Shown here: positions 37,675 to 46,069 of the stretch, one piece after another | Position numbering within the stretch: the first letter of the stretch is position 1 | Layout: each line of letters opens with the position of its first letter | DNA from: an uncultured Gemmatimonadales bacterium | GTDB taxonomy: Bacteria; Gemmatimonadota; Glassbacteria; GWA2-58-10 | Assembly (NCBI GenBank): GCA_964473155.1 | Contig: CAYYNT010000003.1 | Location: forward strand, 69,839-133,838 | DNA: 64,000 nt | Reading direction: 5' to 3' | Notes under the pieces: generated by a model | The model's input: the letters and a program-made list of their open reading frames with translations, nothing else | Database searches by the model: none | Told to the model about the DNA's origin: nothing | Program-made: the position numbers and the translations under genes

Positions 37675-39194
37675 CGGGCATCCCCGGCGCCTGGATCAGC
37701 CTTCCGTATCCCCGAGGAATCAGGAACGGTCGCGCCGCTGTCCGCGGCCGGGGGAACCTGCGCCGGGACTATCTCTCCCCTGCGGATCTCAAGAATGTAT
37801 GTCTTACGCTCCACCCGGCCATCCGCGGCCACAGAGTATTGACCGTAAGCCCCGCGCATACCGGATACGCTTGTCAGCGCTTTTGCCAGACCTTTGCGGC
37901 TGACCGGGAAAGCTCCGGCTGCTTCAAGGATCATCTCGGCGGAATCGTAGCCGAGAGCTGAAAACCTGTTCACCGGACGGTTGTATTTCTGTTCGTATTC
38001 AGATTTGAAACTCTCCCAGGACAGTTCCCTGGCGCCCTCGTAGAAAGGAGAGGCGATAATAACACCCTCCACATACTCCCCGCCCATGCGCAGGACACGC
38101 TCGCTGCGCCACGCCTCTGTCCCTATGATACGCGATTGCTCCAGACCGTAATAATGGATCTGCGAGGCGATCTGTGTTATATCGTTTAAATCCGCCGGGA
38201 TGAAAATCGCATCCGGAAGGTAACGCTGAAGAAAAGTCATCTGGCTGTCAAATTTATTATTATCTCCGCTGTAACGAAGATTCGCCACTACTGAACCGCC
38301 GCTTTTATGTACTGCATCTCTGAAACCCGCGGCCAGCATCGCGCCCCTTTCAGTCTCAGGGGCAAGAATGGCGAAAATCTGCAATCCCAGGTCCCGCACG
38401 GCGAAAGAAGTCAGACGGAGCAACTCGGCTGGATCGGCGCGATTTATGGCATGCACCAGCGGACCCAGGCCGATAAGCGACGGGGAATCGGCGGTCGGGC
38501 AAACCAGCGGCAGCCCGAGGCTCGATGCCGCCATTGCCAGGGACAGAGTCGCCTCATCCTGGTGCGATCCGATCAAGGCGGCCACAAGGCTGTCCTTTGC
38601 CAGTTCACGCCCGGCCGTGGCGGCGATCACCGGGTCGGACTGGTCATCCCGAAACAGCAGCTCGATCCGGCTTCCCTCCCCGTGTCCAGAGTTGTAACGG
38701 TCAACCGCTATCTGGATGCCTTCCTGAATCGCCTTGCCGAAATCGGCGTAACGGCCGCTGAGCGGAAGTATCACTCCAATCTTTCTGCAACTGCCCGGGA
38801 TATTATCATCAACGGCAATATCCGTTCGGGATTCCGTATGTCCCAGAACAGCAAGAAGCTCGGCTGTCTGAGCCTGAGGTATTCTGGTTCTGAGTGCGAC
38901 ATAAAGTGAATCCGCCGCCTCCCGGCGGCCGAGAGCAAGACGGGCCCGCATTCCGTAGTACAGTCCGAGGAAAGCCATCTGGCTGTCCGCGGGTGACAGT
39001 CCGGCAATGAGCCGGTCGAAGCTGTAAATCGACTGTTCAAACCTTCCTCCGCCGAACTGCTCCAGTCCGTTCGTGAAGTCGGCATAGACAGCTTGCTGCC
39101 TGCGGTCCGGCTTGTCCGGGCCAGCCAGAACAAAACACGGCAGGAGGATTGAGATTAAAGCCGTAGCAATAATTAGTGACGGCGCTGATTTCAT
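37671..39194 (-). CDS. secreted protein with type I periplasmic-binding fold (LivJ/LpoA-like) and an N-terminal helical region
   Basis: Signal peptide. KIGVILPLSGRYADFGKAIQEGIQIAVDRYN...IGSHQDEATLSLAMAA resembles Peripla_BP_6. Confidence 0.55.
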   Translation of the reverse strand: MKSAPSLIIATALISILLPCFVLAGPDKPDRRQQAVYADFTNGLEQFGGGRFEQSIYSFDRLIAGLSPADSQMAFLGLYYGMRARLALGRREAADSLYVALRTRIPQAQTAELLAVLGHTESRTDIAVDDNIPGSCRKIGVILPLSGRYADFGKAIQEGIQIAVDRYNSGHGEGSRIELLFRDDQSDPVIAATAGRELAKDSLVAALIGSHQDEATLSLAMAASSLGLPLVCPTADSPSLIGLGPLVHAINRADPAELLRLTSFAVRDLGLQIFAILAPETERGAMLAAGFRDAVHKSGGSVVANLRYSGDNNKFDSQMTFLQRYLPDAIFIPADLNDITQIASQIHYYGLEQSRIIGTEAWRSERVLRMGGEYVEGVIIASPFYEGARELSWESFKSEYEQKYNRPVNRFSALGYDSAEMILEAAGAFPVSRKGLAKALTSVSGMRGAYGQYSVAADGRVERKTYILEIRRGEIVPAQVPPAADSGATVPDSSGIRKADPGAGDAR

Positions 39195-39295
39195 GTGCTC
39201 CGAACCTTCCGGTACGCAGGAAACAGTGATAATGAATGATTGAAAACTAAAAATATTCTGAAACAGACACTATTTCAACTCTAAACTTATCGATT

Positions 39296-39328
39296 CAAAA
39301 AGAATGGGCGCACCGGAAGCGCGCCCAT
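39296..39328 (-). terminator. rho-independent terminator of rpsA
   Basis: ATGGGCGC-loop-GCGCCCAT followed on the minus strand by TCTTTTTG. Confidence 0.6.
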
Positions 39329-39397
39329 CACAGCAAACGAGTGGAACAAACTTAATCTGACGCTGAATCGACCGTAATCGCCTGACGTTCACTCCGC

Positions 39398-41386
39398 TTA
39401 TTCGGCCGCTTCAGTCCCTTTCTCATCCTTAACCTGTTCCTCAACCTCAACTGCACCCTCATTCTCCTCAGCCGCCTTCTTCCTCTTCTTCGGCTCGCTC
39501 TTCTTTTCCTCTGCCGGAGCCTCAACTTCAGCCTGACCCTCTTCAACCACTGCCACTTCAGGCTCATCATCCTGTGTCTTAAGCTGTTCCTTGGCGTAAC
39601 GCTTGGCCTCCGCCATGTCACGCACCGCCAGGACAATGCGGTGGTTCTGCGGGTCGTTCTCGATGATCTTGAGTTTCAGTTCATCCTCGATCTTGTAAAC
39701 ATCAGCCGGGTTGCTGACCGTACCCTTGAGACCGAGCTGAGAGATGGGAACGAACCCCTCGATGTCATCGCCGAGATCGACAACGACACCCTTTTCCAGC
39801 AGACGCACGATAGGCGAATCAACCTCGGTGCCGACCGGATACTTCTCTCCGATCTGCTCCCACGGATTATCGGCAAGCTGCTTCATGCCCAGGCTGATAC
39901 GCTTGTTGTCGATATCCATGTTGAGCACCACCACCTTGACCTTGTCGCCCTTCTTGACAATCTCGCTGGGGTGATGGATACGCTTGGTCCAGGACATATC
40001 GGAGATGTGCACCAGCCCGTCGATACCCTCCTCGATCTCGACAAAAGCTCCGTAGGAGGTAAGGTTGCGCACACGGCCCTCGATGACTGTGCCGACCGGG
40101 TATTTCTGGTTGAGAGTCTGCCACGGATCGGCCTCGGTCTGCTTGATGCCGAGCGATATCTTCTCTTCCTCCGGGTTGATCGAGAGGACGACAGCCTCGA
40201 CGATGTCCCCGATGGCCACGACTTTGCTGGGGTGGCGGATATGACGGGTCCAGCTCATCTCGGAGATGTGCACCAGGCCCTCGATACCCTTCTCCAACTC
40301 CACGAAAGCGCCGTAATTGGTGATCGAGACAACCTTGCCCTTCACTCTGGAGCCGACCGGATACTTGGCCGCGGCGTTCTCCCAAGGATAAGGAGTAAGC
40401 TGCTTGTGGCCAAGGCTGATACGGCCGTTCTCGAAATCGAGGTCCAGTATCTTGACATTGATCTTGTCGCCCAGGGCCACCATCTCGCTCGGGTGCGCCA
40501 CACGGCCCCAGGACATATCCGTGATATGCAGGAGCCCATCCACGCCGCCCAGATCGATGAACGCGCCGAAATCCGTGATATTCTTGACCACGCCCTCGCG
40601 GGTCTGACCGACTTCCAGTTCCTGAAGCAGTTTCTCTTTCTTTTCCTCGCGCTCGCTTTCGAGGATCACGCGACGGCTGATCACGATGTTGCGGCGGCGC
40701 TTGTTAATCTTGATGATCTTGAACTTGAAGGTCTGTCCCATCAGCTCGTCAAGGTTCGGAATACGGCGCAGGGCGATCTGGCTGCCGGGCAGGAACGCAT
40801 CCACTCCCAGCAGGTCGACCACCACGCCGCCCTTGATCCGGCGGACCAAGGTGCCCTCGACCAGCTCGTCATTCTCGTGCGCAGTGCGTATATGGTCCCA
40901 GACACGAATGAAATCGGCCTTCTTCTTGGACAGGACGATGATGCCATCCTCATCCTCGAGGCTCTCCAGGAACACCTCGACCTCATCGCCTACATGAACT
41001 TCATCCAGAGTTTTGAACTCATCGAGGGAGATCGTCCCCTCGCTCTTGAAGCCTATATCCAGGACCGCCTGAGTCTCGGTGATACGCAACACACGGCCCT
41101 TGATCACCTGGCCTTCCTCGATGCTGGACATCGTGGACTCGTACATCCCCATCATGCGATTGTACTCGTCCTTGCTGTACTCGATGCCCTCATCCAGCAT
41201 CTGCCAGTACTCTTCGTCCTCCTCAACCGGCTTCTTGGCAGCGGATGAAGCCTTCACTTCAGCTTCTTTCACATCCTCGGCAACGGCTTCGGCAGCCGCC
41301 TCGACCGGCATTTCCGCACTTGTCACTTCAGCCTCGGACTGGACATCCGCCTGAGGGTTATCGGGGTTTTTTCCCAACTCCGCCAT
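39398..41386 (-). CDS. rpsA: 30S ribosomal protein S1 (six S1 domains) with an acidic/lysine-rich C-terminal extension
   Basis: Six repeats of the S1 OB fold. RBS AAGGAGATACCC before the ATG. Confidence 0.95.
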   Translation of the reverse strand: MAELGKNPDNPQADVQSEAEVTSAEMPVEAAAEAVAEDVKEAEVKASSAAKKPVEEDEEYWQMLDEGIEYSKDEYNRMMGMYESTMSSIEEGQVIKGRVLRITETQAVLDIGFKSEGTISLDEFKTLDEVHVGDEVEVFLESLEDEDGIIVLSKKKADFIRVWDHIRTAHENDELVEGTLVRRIKGGVVVDLLGVDAFLPGSQIALRRIPNLDELMGQTFKFKIIKINKRRRNIVISRRVILESEREEKKEKLLQELEVGQTREGVVKNITDFGAFIDLGGVDGLLHITDMSWGRVAHPSEMVALGDKINVKILDLDFENGRISLGHKQLTPYPWENAAAKYPVGSRVKGKVVSITNYGAFVELEKGIEGLVHISEMSWTRHIRHPSKVVAIGDIVEAVVLSINPEEEKISLGIKQTEADPWQTLNQKYPVGTVIEGRVRNLTSYGAFVEIEEGIDGLVHISDMSWTKRIHHPSEIVKKGDKVKVVVLNMDIDNKRISLGMKQLADNPWEQIGEKYPVGTEVDSPIVRLLEKGVVVDLGDDIEGFVPISQLGLKGTVSNPADVYKIEDELKLKIIENDPQNHRIVLAVRDMAEAKRYAKEQLKTQDDEPEVAVVEEGQAEVEAPAEEKKSEPKKRKKAAEENEGAVEVEEQVKDEKGTEAAE

Positions 41387-41408
41387 ATGAAGGGTATCTC
41401 CTTAAAAA

Positions 41409-41437
41409 GAATAAAAAGCCCCTTGTCTTCAGGGGGT
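41409..41437 (-). terminator. short GC-rich hairpin plus U tract after plsC
   Basis: CCCCT-gaagaca-AGGGG followed by CTTTTTATTC on the minus strand. Confidence 0.4.
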
Positions 41438-41513
41438 TAAGGGTTAGTAAATACAGCCAAAGTATAAAGTTAAAGAACTTTTGTTCTAAAGTCAATAATA
41501 ATCGGTCAGGCAT

Positions 41514-42200
41514 TCATTGCTTGCCGGACTTTTCGTTATCCAAGCAGTTTTTCTGGAGTTCAGCAATGCGCTGCATCACCATTTCAGCAATGGCGATCTG
41601 CCCTTTGGGATTGTGCTCAAAAGATTCATATTCAGCAGGCGGGATCGGGCGTCCATACAGCACCCGCATCGGACGGCGGCGCAGGAAAGCCTCCTTGAGG
41701 CGGGCGGTGCCGCGCAGGAAAGCCGGCACTATCGTCGCTCCGGTCTCCTGAGCCAGCATCCCCACGCCGAATTTGGGTTGCCTCAGGCTGTCCTCCGGTC
41801 CGCGGGTGCCCTCCGGGAAAAGGATCACCACGCCCTCCCGGGCCAGGATGTCCTTGAGCGATGCAATGGCAGTCCAGTCCATCACTCCCCGGCGGATGGG
41901 GACGGTGTTGTAGAAACGGATCAGTCCACCGAAGAAAAAATTCCGGAACAGCTCACGCTTTCCAAGGAAAAATATCTCCCGCGGCACTGAGCAGCCCACG
42001 GCGGGTGGATCGAAATAGCTGACATGGTTCGAGGCGATTATAACCGGTCCATCCGCCGGAAACTTCTCCTGATGAATGAACCGCGCTCCAAAAAACAGCC
42101 GGAGAAAAAATCGCACCAGCATCTGAGAGAACCTGTAAACATTACGGTATTTAATTTTGCCTGGCTTTTCATGGCTCATGACTGTACATTCCTGTGTCAT
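41514..42200 (-). CDS. plsC: 1-acyl-sn-glycerol-3-phosphate acyltransferase
   Basis: NHVSYFD (HX4D) and FPEGTRG motifs. Confidence 0.85.
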   Translation of the reverse strand: MTQECTVMSHEKPGKIKYRNVYRFSQMLVRFFLRLFFGARFIHQEKFPADGPVIIASNHVSYFDPPAVGCSVPREIFFLGKRELFRNFFFGGLIRFYNTVPIRRGVMDWTAIASLKDILAREGVVILFPEGTRGPEDSLRQPKFGVGMLAQETGATIVPAFLRGTARLKEAFLRRRPMRVLYGRPIPPAEYESFEHNPKGQIAIAEMVMQRIAELQKNCLDNEKSGKQ

Positions 42201-42251
42201 CTTTTGAGTTTGAAATCCATTTCCCCTGCGGCGGGGTCAATTTAGTCCGAA

Positions 42252-43790
42252 ATGCGTCTTCGAGCAATACATATCGCCCCGCTGTCAAGCGGCCTGCTGC
42301 TTGTGTTGAGTTTCCCGCCATTTAATCTCTATTTGCCGCCTTTCATCGCCCTGACACCTCTGTTCGCTTTTCTGGAGCAGGAGCGCTCGTCATACCGGGC
42401 CGTCGCCGGCGCGTTCGCCTGCGGACTGGTGTTCTGGGGCGGCCTTCTCTACTGGGTCACCCTGTTCACGGATGCCGGGTTCGTGGTGCTGATCATTATC
42501 ATGTCGGCAAACCTGGCGTTGTTCACCCTCATCACCCGCCGTCTGCAAAGCCGTTTCGGCCTGTCCCTCTGCCTGAGCGCCCCGTTTGTCTGGACCGCAA
42601 TCGACTACATCCACGCACATGGCGACCTGGCGTTCACCTGGGGCCAGCCGGTTTACAGTCTGACCGGATTCCCTCTTATCATCCAGTTTGCCTCTCTCTG
42701 TGGGCCTTATGGAGTCACTTTCTGGCTGGTTGCAGTAAACGCCGCTTTTTATGAAACTATCAAGCGCCGCGCCGGAGGGGTCTCCATTCGCAGACCTCTG
42801 GCCGCTGCAGCCCTGCTGTTCGCCCTGCCGCTGTCCTTCGGCATGGTGTCATACCTGAATTCAGCCAGGATAGAAAAAGCCGCCCCCACAATGCGTATCA
42901 GCTATGTGCAGCCCAGCATCCCCCAGGACCTTAAATGGTCGGAGGGAATGCGCGACACCACTTTCCAGATTCTTAGCCAGCTTTCATTGTCCCAGGCCGG
43001 CTCCAAACCGGACCTGGTGGTCTGGCCCGAGGCCGCAGCGCCTGCATACCTTCGCACAGACCGCCGCTGGCGTGAGTATGTGGGCGGCGTTGCCGGCAGT
43101 CTTGGCTGCAACCTTATCACCGGCGCTCCGGAGTACCATTTCCACGAAAACCGCAAGGATTACGATTCATTCAACTCGGCTTTTCTTTTCGGACCGGAAG
43201 GGGCAATCCGGGGGAAATACGATAAAATTCACATGGTCCCGATGAGCGAAAAGATTCCTTTCGAAGGCTATCTTCCGAGCCTGAGAAAAATCGATGTGGG
43301 AGGATCGCATTTCGTGCCTGGAGACAGCCTGGTGGTTTTCCGGACTGAGAAGGGAGATTTCGGCGCGCTGATCTGTTTCGAATCGATATTCCCGGAAATA
43401 AGCCGCGGGATGGTTATAAAAGGAGCGCAATGTATCCTTAACATCACCAACGACGCATGGTTCGAGCGCACCAGCGCCGCATATCAGCACAGCGCTTTCC
43501 TCGTCCTGCGGGCGATTGAAAACCGACGTGAAATAGTCCGCTCGGCCAACACCGGAGTGAGCGCGTTCTACGACCGCCTCGGGCGGCGGCGCGCCGCAAC
43601 GAAACTTTACGAGCGCACCGCTTCGACATCCGAGATACATCTGTTCAACTGCCGCACCCTTTACAACCGTCTGAGTGACTGGCCGGCCCACATCTGCTGG
43701 CTACTGACCCTTGCCGCGCTGATCCTGAGTTTCTTCCGTCCTCCTGTCAGAACCTGCGGTCCCGGAGAAGAGCTATTTAAGCAACTCTGA
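42252..43790 (+). CDS. lnt: apolipoprotein N-acyltransferase
   Basis: N-terminal multi-TM region and C-terminal CN-hydrolase domain (WPE...K...LICFESIFPE catalytic Cys). Confidence 0.85.
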   Translation: MRLRAIHIAPLSSGLLLVLSFPPFNLYLPPFIALTPLFAFLEQERSSYRAVAGAFACGLVFWGGLLYWVTLFTDAGFVVLIIIMSANLALFTLITRRLQSRFGLSLCLSAPFVWTAIDYIHAHGDLAFTWGQPVYSLTGFPLIIQFASLCGPYGVTFWLVAVNAAFYETIKRRAGGVSIRRPLAAAALLFALPLSFGMVSYLNSARIEKAAPTMRISYVQPSIPQDLKWSEGMRDTTFQILSQLSLSQAGSKPDLVVWPEAAAPAYLRTDRRWREYVGGVAGSLGCNLITGAPEYHFHENRKDYDSFNSAFLFGPEGAIRGKYDKIHMVPMSEKIPFEGYLPSLRKIDVGGSHFVPGDSLVVFRTEKGDFGALICFESIFPEISRGMVIKGAQCILNITNDAWFERTSAAYQHSAFLVLRAIENRREIVRSANTGVSAFYDRLGRRRAATKLYERTASTSEIHLFNCRTLYNRLSDWPAHICWLLTLAALILSFFRPPVRTCGPGEELFKQL

Positions 43791-44537
43791 AGAAAACTCT
43801 ATCTCGCCGAAACGATCCGGATCATGGAAAGATCCGCCGGAAATGGGCGACCAGGCGTAATACTCGCCACGGACTCCAGCGCCCTGCGGCAGGTCAATGC
43901 GGTAAAGGTTCAGCCGCCAGCGGTCACCGGATTTTGGCGGGGTGTCGCGTCCGTCGACTATATCCTCCAGCGGCACGGCGATCTCCACGCTCCAGCCACC
44001 ATCGCTATCCGATTTGTCGTTCAGTGTTCCATCCACGAACACAGCACGCTTTATGCCCAGGCTGTTCCAGGCCAGCATCCCGTCCCGGCGCTCGCCTTTT
44101 CTCAGAATGAAACCGTCCCACAGCGTGTTGAGCGGATTCACTTCAAGTTCCAGATACGATTCCCTGTCGCCATCGGGATTGATAAATGCCTCAACCACTT
44201 CCTCGTTGTAAATCGGAAGGTCGCGTTCAGTCATCGTGGACCAGATATGGGTGTCCCGGCATTCAAAAGATATGTACAGGAAACGGTCATCCCACATCAG
44301 GCGCGCCGTGGTTTTCTGGCTGGCTTTCTCTCCCTCCCGCGCCGCGTTCATCTCGATTGGAGCGCAAGCTTTCCAGGCCGCCTCGTTTACTATACCGTCG
44401 ATAACCGGCGGGTATGCCGCGCGCTTGACGGCATAGTGTTTTGTCGGCGGATCGGCCTGTTCGGCCCGTAAAGGAGCAAGACAAACAAAGACCGACATTA
44501 CGGCGAACAAAAAAGGAAACGGCTTGCCAGATAACAA
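43773..44537 (-). CDS. secreted CBM9-like / DOMON-like carbohydrate-binding domain protein
   Basis: Signal peptide. PVIDGIVNEAAWKACAPIEM...DDRFLYISFECRD... matches the family-9 CBM-like pattern. Confidence 0.45.
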   Translation of the reverse strand: MLSGKPFPFLFAVMSVFVCLAPLRAEQADPPTKHYAVKRAAYPPVIDGIVNEAAWKACAPIEMNAAREGEKASQKTTARLMWDDRFLYISFECRDTHIWSTMTERDLPIYNEEVVEAFINPDGDRESYLELEVNPLNTLWDGFILRKGERRDGMLAWNSLGIKRAVFVDGTLNDKSDSDGGWSVEIAVPLEDIVDGRDTPPKSGDRWRLNLYRIDLPQGAGVRGEYYAWSPISGGSFHDPDRFGEIEFSSELLK

Positions 44538-44590
44538 GAAACACCTCTCTGGTTAAAGTTGTATGTCATGTCCGGACAGAGACGGGACTA

Positions 44591-45037
44591 TCATTCATGG
44601 TCCGCCGAGGCGCGGCATTTGGTGCAATATCCGTAAATGTCGAGCTTATGGTTTGTGATGTTGAAGTCGTGTTCACGGGCCACTTTCAACTGGAGTTCCT
44701 CAATCGCGTCGTTCTTGAACTCAAGCACCTTTCCGCAACGCGTGCAGATAAGATGATCGTGGTGCCTGTCCTTCAGCACAGCCTCGAACCTCTTGAACCG
44801 TTTACCGAAACGGTGCTGCACCACCAGGTTGCTCTTGATCAGAACATCCAGCGTCCGGTAGATCGAGGCGATGGAGGCCGCAATCTTTTTCTGGCGCAGA
44901 AGATTCTGAATGTCTTCCACGCTGAGGTGTCCGGTTGAGCTGAAAATTATCTCCGCAATCCTGCGGCGCTGTCGAGTAATCAGATAGCCGTTGTCCCGCA
45001 GGTATTTGATAAATTGTTCAGTAAGGTCCTCAGACAT
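44591..45037 (-). CDS. fur: Fur-family metalloregulator
   Basis: DNA-binding helix region and HHDHLICTRCGKVLEF ... GYCTKC metal sites. Confidence 0.85.
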   Translation of the reverse strand: MSEDLTEQFIKYLRDNGYLITRQRRRIAEIIFSSTGHLSVEDIQNLLRQKKIAASIASIYRTLDVLIKSNLVVQHRFGKRFKRFEAVLKDRHHDHLICTRCGKVLEFKNDAIEELQLKVAREHDFNITNHKLDIYGYCTKCRASADHE

Positions 45038-45070
45038 AATGCCTCCTCTGGCTGTCTACGCCGCGGTCCG

Positions 45071-45886
45071 TTACCGCGGACCGCCGACATCCTGTTTTAG
45101 TTTTTCAGCCGCTGCTCTTATCTTCTGTTCAAAATCGGTCCCGTTCCCCGCAAAAATCACGCTGCGCGAGGCATTGACGATCACACCCGGGCTGCCCCCC
45201 CGCCGGGCCGCCGCCTCCACGCTCTCCAGGCTGCCTCCCTGCGCCCCGATGCCTGGAAGAAGGAACGGCATTCCCGGAGCGGCTTCACGCACAAGCAAAA
45301 CCTGCTCAGGGTGTGTGGCGCCAACCACCAGTCCAATACAGTCCCGGCCCTCGTTCCATTCCCTGGCCTTTTCAGCCACCCTCATATAAAGCGGTTGCTG
45401 TCCGGAGGACTGGAAATCGGCTGAGGATGGGTTGCTGGTAAGACAAAGCAGAAATAAACCTTTCCCTTCGTATTTCAAATACGGCGCTATCGAATCCCAT
45501 CCCATGTATGGATTCACCGTAAGGGCATCCGCGCCCAGCCATTCGAATGCAGCCCGGGCGTATTTCTCAGCCGTATTGCCGATATCGCCACGCTTGGCGT
45601 CCAGGATCACCGGCACGCGGCCATTTATATGCCGGATCGTTTTTTCGAGAGCTTCCAGTCCACGAATGCCCTCGGCCTCGTAAAACGCCATATTGGGCTT
45701 GTAGCAGCAGACCAGATCGAGAGTGGCATCCACAACGGCGCAACCGAACCGGTACAGCGGATCAACACCATCTCTCACATGTTCCGGGATTTTTGCCAAC
45801 TCGATATCAAGCCCGACACACGCCAGGCTCCCGTTTCTCGCAGCCGCCCCGGCAATCCTTTCCCAGCAGCCCGGCTTACCATTCAT
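45071..45886 (-). CDS. pyrF: orotidine 5'-phosphate decarboxylase (type 2, long form)
   Basis: LACVGLDIE...CYKPNMAFYE...VILDAKRGDIGNT motifs. Confidence 0.85.
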   Translation of the reverse strand: MNGKPGCWERIAGAAARNGSLACVGLDIELAKIPEHVRDGVDPLYRFGCAVVDATLDLVCCYKPNMAFYEAEGIRGLEALEKTIRHINGRVPVILDAKRGDIGNTAEKYARAAFEWLGADALTVNPYMGWDSIAPYLKYEGKGLFLLCLTSNPSSADFQSSGQQPLYMRVAEKAREWNEGRDCIGLVVGATHPEQVLLVREAAPGMPFLLPGIGAQGGSLESVEAAARRGGSPGVIVNASRSVIFAGNGTDFEQKIRAAAEKLKQDVGGPR

Positions 45887-45943
45887 TTAAGCGCCCCATC
45901 TGCATTAATGGTTTTCGTTTCTACAAATACTTTGTCTTTTAAA

Positions 45944-45972
45944 TATCTAAACAGATTGAGAATAATTGTCAA
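45944..45972 (-). promoter_or_regulatory. candidate promoter of pyrF-fur with an overlapping Fur-box-like element
   Basis: Minus strand TTGACA-17 nt-TAGATA. GACAATTATTCTCAATC overlaps the -35/spacer and matches about 12 of 19 positions of the classical Fur box. Confidence 0.3.
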
Positions 45973-46069
45973 CATAAATTTACTACGATCCTTTTAACAG
46001 TTCGAGCAGTTCAGAAGAACCGTCGATGGAAGAGAAAACAGTAAGGGCAAATAATGATCACCTGAGCTT

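Noticed and set aside
36898-37842. 314-aa plus-strand ORF
   Set aside because: Antisense to the methyltransferase and the 3' end of the PBP-fold gene. It has no RBS and Arg/Pro-rich composition typical of GC-rich antisense frames.
39641-41248. 535-aa plus-strand ORF with repetitive LDL/ALD-rich sequence
   Set aside because: It lies entirely antisense to rpsA. The repetitiveness mirrors the six S1 repeats, and high GC suppresses stop codons. It is a shadow ORF.
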